From Somniosus microcephalus (taxonomy: Eukaryota): a DNA stretch of 64,000 nt. Shown here one piece after another: positions 1 through 10,545 of this stretch (positions within the stretch are counted from its first letter, which is position 1; the number at the start of each line of letters is the position of its first letter). Location of the stretch: the NCBI GenBank assembly GCA_052327205.1, contig CM126209.1:258292001-258356000 (forward strand). The letters are read 5' to 3'. The notes below the pieces were generated by a model. It searched no databases, was not told where the DNA came from, and saw only the letters and a list, made by a program, of their open reading frames with translations. A program made the position numbers and the translations under genes.

Positions 1-760
1 AGGGGAGGAAAGAACAATGGGATGATCTGTGATGAGATGGAAGGCAGGAGAGATTGAATGACAAAAGGGATGATAGTGTAAGGCAAAAGGAGAGGTAATG
101 GGACAAGTTAAGAAGCAAAAGCTGGCTCTAGATGATGTGTGGATGATGATGGCAGCATCATTAACAGCTACCATGTGAGGAACCGAGAAAAAAATAGAAA
201 GAACTGCAGGGGTTAATTTATAGGCTGAAATGGTTGAACTCGATGTTGAGTCCAGAGGGCTGTAAAGTGCCTAATAGAAAGATGAGGTGCTGTTCCTCGA
301 GCTTACGCTGAGCTTCATTGGAACAGTGTAAGAGTCTGAGGATGGAAAGATCAGAGTCGGAGTGGAGGGGAGAATTAAAGTGACAGTGACCAGAAGCTCG
401 GGGTCATGCTGGCGGACTGAACGGAGGTGTTCTGCAAAGTGGTCACCCGATCTGCGTTTTGGTCTCCCCAATGTAGCGAGACCACATCGTGAGCAGCGAA
501 TACAGTATACTAGATTGTAAGAAGTACAAGTAAATCGCTGTTTCACCTGGAAGGGGTGTTTGGGGCCGTGGGCGGTGGGAAGGGAGCAGGTAAAAGGGCA
601 GGTGTTGCATCTCCTGCGCTTGCATGGGAAGGTGCTGGGCAAAGGGGAAGGGTTGTTGGGGGTGAGAGAGGAGTGGACCCGGCTGTCGCAGAGGGTGCGG
701 TCCCTTCGGAATGCTGAAGGGGGGGAGGGCAAGATGTGTTTGGTGGTAGGAGGTATGATA
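1..760 (-). mobile_element. Penelope-like retroelement 3' fragment (GIY-YIG endonuclease remnant, frameshifted), truncated at the window edge
   Basis: ORFs 271..732 and 443..880 give RRRCNTCPF...FTCTSYNLVYCIRCSRCG and YIGETK...FAEHLRSVR, the CxxC plus GIY-YIG signature of Penelope-like elements. Confidence 0.8.
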
Positions 761-1377
761 TGAGTAAGGATGTGCAGGAGTAGTGTAGGGAAGGCAGAGT
801 GATGGGGATGTGATGAGTGGCACAGCAGGATGAGGTTGAGTTTGACTTTGCAGTAACGTTTCGTGATCTACTGAGATCATTGAAAGGTTTGTGCCACTTC
901 AGCCTGATCCTCCTAACGATATCCCTGCTGGTGTCCTCCAGTGCAATGTGCAACCAGGCTGCGCTGATCACCTGGGGAGGTCTCTTCCGCCCATGTGAAG
1001 GGAAGAGGACCTCCCTGCTTGCTGTGACCCCCTCCATAAGCATATGGAGGGAGTCATGGGAGAGCCTGGGTGTAGGGCTGCAACGTTGTTCCGTGCTTGT
1101 CAGTGCTTGCAGCACCTCAATGCTGTAGAACACTGGCAGTAAAGGTGTCAAAAAAATTTGCACATGGTCCGTTTAAGCAAAATGGCTGATGACGCATCAT
1201 CAAGTGACGTCATCAGATCCGCTTTGTTCAGTTGGCTGGGAAAAGCGCTGGGTGGGCTTAACAAGCCCAATTAACGTAAGATCACTTTGGACGGAGGGCT
1301 GGAGATAACAGCGAGGTCGCACCCTGCCACCGACTCCGGCCGCACTTGGACACGCTGAGGTAGGGGATATCACGGCC
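761..1377 (-). mobile_element. PIF/Harbinger non-autonomous element, right-hand part, with Myb/SANT-like gene remnant
   Basis: ORF 543..1163 contains PRLSHDSLHMLMEGV...VLFPSHGRKRPPQVISAAWLHIA...RLKWHKPFNDL, resembling the Harbinger Myb/SANT-like domain. It is homologous to 54360-54963 and ends ...GATATCACGGCC, where Pcdh spacer homology resumes. Confidence 0.7.
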
Positions 1378-3955
1378 AAAGAATCTGCTTAGAAGAAATA
1401 AAGACACAAGAACTTAAGGAGCCAACATAAATCGTTGGGCACATCAGTTCAATTCCATTTATACTCCAGCTATGATCATTCCATCATCGCTTTCCAAATC
1501 ATCACCACCTGCTGATTACTACTTAAGGAAGATTAAATTATTTCCCCATCTTGCCATAAAACAATCAATTGGTACTATTAAGATTTCTATAATTCTCCGC
1601 CTCTATTCAGAGGTCCGTTCAGTCGCCTTATAAAATTGTTCTTTGACCTCGATTCAACTCCTGTCTCTGTGCCGCGCATCCAGTAACCTGTGAAATAGCT
1701 TTTTTAAATCTGTAATCTTGCCCAATTATTGAGAACTTTATACTTACCTCACCTAATCTTACAATCAGTGTCCAAGTTAATGAGGTTGTTATATTTAATT
1801 TTATCTCGAGCTTTCAATATTTTAAAGACGTACATGCATGTATAAAAAATTATTCTGGTGTCTTTAATCAAAAACGTACTCCAGAAGGCCTGAAATCATG
1901 TTCAGTCTTCAAACTCTTTCTAATGCAAGTATAGCTTTTGATGAAATCTGCAGGCCGTTCTCCAGAGCTGGCCATAGGATTAATTTGTACAATGTCAGTA
2001 CAACTTGTCATGACTTAAAAAAGTACCTTCCAAGTACTTCTGCATTCCCAATTTACCTTACTACTAACGCTTTCGTAATGACTAGGTGCTTTCAGGGTAT
2101 AATATATGATCACTTCTATGACTATTGTTGTTTGCTTTTTCAGCCTAGGCCATTGGAGAACTTTATCTTTTGTTGTATACTGGCTTACTGATACCTGTTA
2201 ATACATGTATTATCTTACTTTTAATCCACATTAACATGCATATTTCATACCTCATCACAACTTCTGTAATTGGTACATGTCACTCTGAAAATAATCACGT
2301 TACTTCCACTTCACCATCTGCCCACATACCTTTGTGTCACTAGAAAAAGTAATAACACTACTACACCGTGTCAATATGATTTAAAAACTTTGGGAACGGT
2401 AAGGATCCAAAAAAGATCCTTGAAAAATACGCCTGGAAATAGTAACCAACTTCCTCTGTCTTCTGGCACCAAGTCAATTATGATTCCATCTAGATAAAGT
2501 GGCATCTATTCCATGAGCCTTAAACTTCCAAACCCGTCTCACTTGTGGACTGTTGTCAAAAGTCCATTAAAGATCTAAGTACACTACATCTATTGATTTA
2601 CCCCAGCTTAGTTACCTCTCACAGAATAACATTATATTGGTAAGGCTTAGCCTTTAATTTCTAAAACAATCTTAGGATACCTGTGCTCCCTGGCTGTCCT
2701 TTGGAGCATCCTGCAAATGGTTCTCAAGTGTATTCTCACTTAGGGCTTTAGGTGAACTGTTGTTTTACCAGTATGATGCTTTAGCTCTTTTTTGAATATT
2801 GAAACTGAATTAATTGCCTTTAGGTCCCTAGATGCTATATTTATAGAACTCGGAAAGGTGTTAACAGGTCAGATTTTATATTTCATTACGACATTTTGTG
2901 GTGACTCAGCCAAACCTACAATCTCCTGTTCTAATTGCCAATTTGATTTTAGTTGTGCCATCGTTCATTCGGAGATTCAAGATGTGCTGATTAAATTCAA
3001 ATCCAGGAGAGAAGGTTGACACATTGCATTTGCACACTGCCCTTTTTGCCCGTGTGTATGGGCTTCAGTTCCGACCAGACTTGTTAGTAGACATTATTGT
3101 TTCTCTTTTTGCTGTCAATGGTCAGATAGTACAGGTACCAGGCTCCTACCGTATCTATAGAGCGTGCTGGCTTGTGCGGGAGTGACTGGAGTTGGACGGT
3201 GCAGTCTCTCCAGAAAGATGGAGATTTTTTGCACACTTTTACGCACATGCACAGAAGCCCATTGACGGGTATCTAAATATCAGTCAAAAGAGATCCGATG
3301 TAGGTACGGATTCTCTGTTGTCACTAAAATGATTCAAAACGAATAGTTTTAAATATTGAACTGACCTGAAGTAAGTAATTCTGCAACTTGTGTGATGCCC
3401 AAAGATACAAGACGACCTGCTGAATTTAGTTTGATCTGGAGCTCATTAATAAATTAATTGCAGCGAACGGGCTGATATCGGAATAACTGAGAAGCAACCA
3501 ACCTGTTTACAGCAACCAGGCGGAAGTCCTATTTTGCTACCAAGGAAAGTGCTATATAATTCCACGGATATACATGTTTGCTCAGAGTTCCTCTCCAGAT
3601 TGTTAAAATGTAAACGTTTAGGGAGAGTGGGGGACAATGTCAACACTTGCTATTTATTTAACTAAACTCCAGTGAGTTTAAAAAGTGTCCACAGAATTCT
3701 CTGGGCCTCCAGGACACTTGTTAACCTCAATTGAACAATGCATCGCAAAGGAACGTAAACACAGCCGGGGACTACACTAGATAGCAATGACGCAGGGATG
3801 TTGGCTGGAAATAGAAATATGGCAGAAATCGGCCAATTATGTGTTTAAGATATCAGTCACTTTCCCTCATTTCACTCTGCTGGATTTCCCCAAAGATAAC
3901 TGTACATCCGAATCAAACCTGTGAGGATTACCCCCTCTTTTTAGAAGCGCCTCAC

Positions 3956-6415
3956 CTCATTGTTTGCAGTGTTGTTGTAATTTACAGATCTCATCATTCC
4001 TGGATTTTCTTTCCCGTTAGATTCATTCTGGACATAACGCATGTCTGTAGATGACCTGCGGGTGTTGGGGTTGATGATGTCTCTCTTCGTCGACTGCAAT
4101 GTTGAACATGACTCGTAGCGGAAACTCTGAGAGAGTGGATCACCCCCGAATACCTCAACATAGTTCGGTGGTATCTGAAGGTTTCTACTGGCCTTTTGAA
4201 TTCCATGCAGAGAATTTCTTGTTTCAAAGCAGCAACAAACACCCAGGGAACAGTGATGTCCATTTCTGCTTTTATGAACTTTAACAGCCAGGATAATCAA
4301 AATCACCAGAAAAATGATAGAAATTATCCCTAAGGCGATGACCAAGTAAAGGCTCATATCAGGATTGAATCCAGGGTCTTCAGGAAAATCACTCACATTA
4401 GAAAACATTTCAGTAGCGCTTCCCACCACAGATAGGATGATAGTCACAGTGGCCGAAAGGGATGGTGTTCCATTGTCTCTTACCACAATCACCAATCTTT
4501 GCTTAGAGGCATCTTTATTCGCAATACGACGGATAGTCCAAATTTCTCCAGTATCTGGTGAAATAGTAAAAAGGTTATGATGGGTGGCCTGAAAAATCTG
4601 ATAAGAGAGACGAGCATTCTGACCGGCGTCAGCATCAGTGGCCGATACCTTGGCAACCAAGTAGCCTGGTTCTGCAAGCCTGGATATTGTCTCTGTTGCT
4701 GTCGACCCATACTCGGGTAATGGGTGCACGATCACTGGAACATTGTCATTCTGATCAAGGATAATAACATCGACTGAAACGTTACTTGCGAGTGGTGGGA
4801 CTCCGGAATCATGGACCTGAACTTGGATCTGAAAGTTTTTCAATTGCTCGTAGTCAAAAGATCTCTGAGCAAATATGACGCCACTCTCTGAGTTTATGGC
4901 GACATAACTGGCTGCTGAGGCGCCCTGAACTTCAGTCTCCAGGATAGAGTAGTTCAGTCGAGCGTTGTGTCCTACATCTGGATCGACGGCTGTCACTGAG
5001 AATATGGAAGTCCCAATGACGTTGTTCTCCATCACGTTTGCCGTGTATAAATGCTGCGTAAACCTTGGTGCGTTGTCATTTATATCCGAAACCTCAACCC
5101 GAATGGTTTTCTTGGAAATGAGAGGAGGGTTTCCTGCATCCCGGCATGTTATAATAACGTCATACCTGGAGGTTTGTTCGCGGTCCAGTAGATGATGAAT
5201 CAGCAGTCTATAATAGTTCTTCAAAGATGAATCTAATTTAAAGGGCAGTTTATCTGAAATTTGACATTGTACCTGCCCGTTTTGTCCCGAATCTTTGTCT
5301 GCTGCACTGAACAGAGCCACTACAGTCCCAAGCGGAGCATCTTCGGAAACTGTACTTGACAAAGACCTCAACATGATCTCAGGTGCGTTATCATTCACAT
5401 CAATAATGTCCACCAAAACATCACAGTGCTCCGGTATTGCGCCAGTACCCTTGTCAATTGCTTGTATGTTAATCTCAAAGGCACTGTTTTCCTCATAGTC
5501 CAAATTCCCTTTCACTCTGATTTCACCAGTTTTAGAATCCACGTCAAATAGTTCACGGACTTTAGCGCCAGTATGTCTACTGAGCGAGTACATTATCTCC
5601 CCATTGGGACCATCGTCCAAGTCAGTGGCGTTTAATGTGATTATCAGGGTTCCTGTGGGTGCAGTTTCCAACAGGCTGACCCTATAAACCGACTGGGAGA
5701 AAACAGGCGCGTTGTCGTTAATATCCTTTACTATGATTGTAACCTGAACAGTGCCCGATCTTACAGGGACCCCACCGTCCTTGGCTATTAGCGTTAACCT
5801 GTGGGTTGATTGTGTTTCTCTGTCCAAGGATCCCTGCAACAGCAATACTGGCAGCTTTCTTTCCCCTCTGCCCATCTGTACATCGAGAATAAAATAATCG
5901 TTCGGGAGGAGCTGGTAGGTTTGTACTGAGTTGGTTCCAATGTCCGGATCGTGCGCGGACTCGAGGGGGAAGCGCGCTCCCGGCGCAGCAAGCTCGGGGA
6001 TTTCAAGGCGGAGCTCGTCCTTTGGAAAACTGGGAGCATTGTCATTTACATCGAGAATCTCCACTTCAACCTGATACAGATTGAGGGGATTTTCAAGCAC
6101 AACATCCAAGGTTAACACACAAGTGAGGCTCGGCCCGCATAGATTTTCTCTGTCAATCTTTCCCTTAAGAAATAAAATTCCATTATCTAAATTTACGTCC
6201 ACATACTGTTTCTTGGAGCCGGTCACAATCCGCAAACTGCGAGCCGAGAGCTGCTTTACATCTAAACTTAAATCGGCTGCGATATTCCCAACAAAGGCGC
6301 CCAGTTGCAGCTCTTCAGGAATCGAATAACGAATCTGTCCAGAAACTAGATTCCACGAGGAGAACACACAGAACAATAGTTGGCAGTTCAGCAAAAAATA
6401 TATCTTAAATCTCAT
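3956..6415 (-). CDS. Clustered protocadherin variable exon V1
   Basis: ATG at 6415 (MRFKIYF). Signal peptide, QIRYSIPEE EC1 start, six cadherin repeats (DRE, DxNDNxPxF, AxDxG), TM YLVIALGIISIIFLVILIILAV, and phase-0 donor GAG|GTGAGG at 3956/3955. Confidence 0.95.
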
Positions 6416-6619
6416 TTCCAGCGTAAAACATCCCAAATTTTTCAGTACGAGACCGCACCATTCATTCTCCTTGAGCAGTTATTTGGATATATATTTCAAA
6501 AACTCGAAGAACTTCGATGTACAAAATACCTGCACGTTTTGTGAATCGCTCGGCTTATTTCATTTAAATCTTCTCATTTTGTCGAAAATTGCCATTGGAT
6601 TCTTGCACAAATCGTTCGG

Positions 6620-6835
6620 AGCTGCTCGCGATCCAATGTTACACTGCGTCTGATCTTACGTGATGGTGGCTGGGTAGTGAAGGGGGCAGGCCGGATCACC
6701 AGTCACATCTCAGCTTCTGATTGGTGAACACAGGCACATTGAAATTCAACTAATCAGAATACCATTCGTTTCTTAAAGCTAGAAGGTTAAAAACGACAGC
6801 ATAACACTTACATTTATCGTTGTACAATTAAAATT
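6620..6835 (-). promoter_or_regulatory. Conserved Pcdh promoter module, V1
   Basis: Plus-strand motif order TTACGTGA, GGGGGCAGG, TTCTGATTGG, CTAATCAGAA (variant of CCAAT), TTCTTAAAG, ACATTTATCGTTGTACAATT, as upstream of all exons. Confidence 0.75.
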
Positions 6836-7016
6836 GTACTACGGTTTATTACAGCGTTGTGGATATTTCTGACTACTGCGAAAAAATTGTCTCTAGAGCA
6901 GAATTACAATGAATAGTTTATGATCGGATATAAAGAATCTGCTTAGAAGAAACAAAGGCCTATGAACGTAAGGAGCCAGCATAAATCGTTGGGCCCATCA
7001 ATTAAATTCCATTTAT

Positions 7017-7626
7017 TTGCCGTGACATAGAATACAAGAGCAGGGGGGTCATGCCTCAACTGTATAAAACACTAGTTAGGCCTCAGCTAGAGTACTGCGT
7101 GCAGTTCTGTTCACCACATTACAGGAACTGCGTGATTGCACTAGAGAGGGTACAGAGGAGGTTTACAAGGATGTTACCTGGTGTAGAGGAACTTAGCTAT
7201 GAGGAAAGACTGGATAGGCTGGGTCGGTTTTCCTTGGAATAGAGGGTGGACCTTATTGAGGTGTATAAAATTATGATGGGCATAGATAAAGTGGATAGAA
7301 AGGACCTATTTCCCTTAGCAGAGGGGCCAACAACCAGGGGGCACAGATTTAAAGTAATTGGGGAAAGGTTTCGAGGGGATTTGAGGGGAAATGTCTTCAC
7401 CCAGAGGGTTGTGGGCGTCTTGATCTCACTTCCTGAAAGGGTGGTAGAGGCATGAACCCTACCCACATTTAAAAAGAACTTGGATGTGCACTTGAGTTGC
7501 TCTAACCTGCAGGCCTATGGACCAAGAGCTGGGAAGTGGGATTAAGCTGGATAGCTCGTTGTTGGCCGGCGCGGACATGATGGCCTGAAATGGCCTCCTC
7601 CCATGCTGTAACTTTCTATGATTCTA
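7017..7626 (+). mobile_element. CR1 LINE 3' fragment
   Basis: LYKTLVRPQLEYCVQF...ERVQRRFTRMLPG, followed by a 3' UTR and (TTCTATGA)n-type tail. Absent from paralogous spacers. Confidence 0.9.
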
Positions 7627-7952
7627 TTATTCGATAGTCATTGCCTGGCACTTATGTGGCGCGAATATTACCTGCCATGTATCAGCCCAAGCCTGAATGT
7701 CGTCCAGGTCTTGTTGCATGCGGGCATAGACTGCTTCATTATCTGAGTTGTTGCAAATGGCGCTGAATACTGTGCAGTAATCAGCGAACATTCCGATTTC
7801 TGACCTTTTGTTGGAGGGAAGGTCATTGATGAAGCAGCTGAAGATGGTTGGGCCTAGGACACTGCCCTGAGGAACTCCTGCAGCGATGTCCTGGGGCTGT
7901 GATGATTGACCTTCAACCCCCACAACCATCTTCCTTTGTGCTAGGTATGACT
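7627..7952 (-). mobile_element. CR1/L2-group LINE reverse transcriptase fragment
   Basis: GVPQGSVLGPTIFSCFINDLP...MFADYCT RT motifs. Confidence 0.85.
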
Positions 7953-8027
7953 TAGCAACTTTTTGGCCGGCGCGGACACGATGGGCTGAAATGGCTTCCT
8001 CCCATGCTGTAACTTTCTATGATTCTA
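7953..8027 (+). mobile_element. Second CR1 3' tail
   Basis: Near copy of 7552-7626 (TTGGCCGGCGCGGACA...GCTGTAACTTTCTATGATTCTA). Confidence 0.8.
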
Positions 8028-10545
8028 CTCCATCTATGATCATTCCATCATGGCTTTCCAAACATCCACCAGCTGATGATTATTACTTAATGAACACTAA
8101 ATTATTACCCTGTCTTGCCATAAAACAAACAATCGGTGCCATTAAGATTTCTCTAATTCTCCGCCTCTCTTTCAAACAGCGATCCATTCAGCCCCCTTAT
8201 AAAATTGTTCTTTGATCTCGAATCAACTCATGTCCCTGTGCCACGCATCCACTAACCTGTGAAATAATTTTTTTTATAATCTGTAATCTTGCTCGATTGT
8301 TGAGAACTTTTTGCTTACTTCGCCTAGTCTTACAGTTAGTGTTCAAGTTAAGTCACTTGTTATATTCAATTTTAGCAGTATCTTTTGATATTTTAAAGAC
8401 TTGTATACATATATTCCTCGATTTTCCTTTCTAAAGTGAAAATTAATGCAGGTCCCTTTAATGAAAACATACTCGATGGCCTAAAATCATCCTGTTCACC
8501 CTTCAAACTCTTTCTAATTCAGGTATAACCCTATTGGCCATACTCCAGAACTGACCATAGGATTAATTTGTATAATGTCAGTATAACCTGTCATGACTTG
8601 AAAAGCAGTACTTCTGGGCTCTTCTCCATTCTCAATTTGCCTTATTTCTAACACGTTTACATTCACTAGATGCTTTCAGAATATAATATATGATCACTCC
8701 CATAACTTTTTTTAGTTACATTTTCAGCATAGGCCAGTGGAAAAGTTTATTTGTTTATTTTATACAGGCGTACTGATACCTGTTAATATGTCTATTATCT
8801 TATTTTTTAATCCACATTAACATACATATTTCATATCTCAATGCTACTTTTGTAATTGGGACATGTCACACTGAGAATAATCATATTTCTTCCACCTCAC
8901 GCCCTGTCCAGATACCTCTGTGTCACTAGAAAAAGTAATGACAGTATTACACCGTGTCCATGTGATATATAAAATTTTTGAACGGTGGGAATAGGAAAGG
9001 ATCCTTGAAAAAAGAACAGCTGGAAATAGTAACCAATGCTTCTTGCACTGAGCCAATTCTCATTCCACTTAGACCATGTACCATCTATTCCATGAGTCTT
9101 AAACCCCAGAGCAAGTTCACTTGTGGACTGTTGTCAAATGTCCATTGAAAATCTAAGTAAACTATATCTAATGATTTACCTTAACGTAGTTACCTCTCAA
9201 AAAATTCCAATATATTGGTAAGGTGCAGCCTTTCATTACTAAAACCTTTTTAGGATACCTGTGCTCCCCAGCAATCATTTGTAGCATCCTACAAATGGTT
9301 AGCAAATGCTTTCTCTCTTTGGATGTTGGGTGAACTGTTGTGTTATTACCAGTACCCTTTTTTTGAATGTTGAAACTGCACGTTGTCCTTAGGTCCCTAG
9401 GTACTGGATTTATAGACTCGGAAAATATTAACAGGTCTCAATTAATGTTTCATTACGACATGTTGTGGCGATTCAGCCAAACCTACAATCTCCTGTTGTA
9501 ATTCTCCACCTTGATTTTAGTTGTGCCAACGTTCATCCATAGATTCAGGATGTGCTGATTAAAATTCAAATCCAGGAGAGAAGGTTGGCACATTGCATTA
9601 GCACACTGCTCTTTTTGTTCTCGTGCATGAGCTTCAATTCCGACCAGACCAAATGGCTGAAATTATCATCGGTCCTTTTGCTGTCAAGGGCCAGATGTTA
9701 CTGGTCCCAGTCACCTACCATATCTTTAGAGTGTAATGGGGTGTGAGGGAGTGGCTGGAGTTGAAATGTGCAGTCTCTCCAGAAAGGGCGAGATTGTTTG
9801 CAAATTTTTAGGCATATGCACAGAAGTCCATTCATTGGTATCTACATATCAGTTAAAGGTCATTCGGTGTAGGTACCGATTCTCTGTTGCCACTAATATG
9901 ATTCAAAGTGAATAGTTTCAAATAATGAACTGATATGATCTTAGTAATTCTGTAAATTCTCTGAAAGCCACCGATACAAGACAACCTGATCAGTTAGATT
10001 ATTCTAACCTCCTCAGAAACCTCCTGATATTAAATAATTACATCGTTCTATCTGAGACCACAACGACTTAGAAGTAAGCAACCTGTTTGCAGTACCTGGC
10101 TGTAGCAATATTCTGCTGCCAAAGAATGTGTCCTGTACTGGCATGGATATACCTGTGTGTTCAGTTCCTCTCCAGATAGTTAAAATATAACCGTTTAGAG
10201 AGTGCGGGACAATGTCAACACTTGCCATAAATCTATATAAACTCCATTGGGTTTAAAAGTGTCCACAGAATCCAGTGGGCTTCCAGGACAATTGTTAAGC
10301 CCAATTGAACAATGCATTGGAGTTACCTATATTCGCAAATGAACGTAAACACATGCTGGGAGATACCACTAAATCGCAATTATGCTGGCATGTTGACAGG
10401 AAGTGAAATAGTGCAGAAAACCGCGAATGATGCATTTAAGACATCAGTCCATTCCCCTCATTTCGATGTGCTGGGTTTCCCCCAAAAATCTGTACGTCCG
10501 AATAAAACCTTTGAGGATTTTCACCTCTTTTTAGAAGCGCCTCAC

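Noticed and set aside
1186-1220. CTGATGA suggesting a hammerhead or C/D box (also at 54772)
   Set aside because: There is no downstream stem-GAAA-UH; it is better read as tandem CRE-like palindromes within the Harbinger element.
4099-6329. Recurrent plus-strand ORFs inside each Pcdh exon
   Set aside because: They are antisense shadows of the cadherin coding frame, repeated only because the exons are paralogous.
6416-6436. ORF-track N-terminal extension MGCFTLE from a TTG start (also V2-V5 and V9)
   Set aside because: TTG is a prokaryote-style call. V6 has an in-frame TGA there, and the ATG gives a normal signal peptide. Non-AUG initiation is not fully excluded.
6676-6690. TGAAGGGGGCAG as a CTCF site
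   Set aside because: Only the 3' half matches and the CCASY half is absent in all copies; a Sp/KLF GC box is more likely.
9552-9746. 64-aa ORF MLIKIQIQERR recurring at 25833 and 31370
   Set aside because: It has a GTG start, lies in the duplicated spacer, and has no recognisable domain; recent duplication explains the recurrence.
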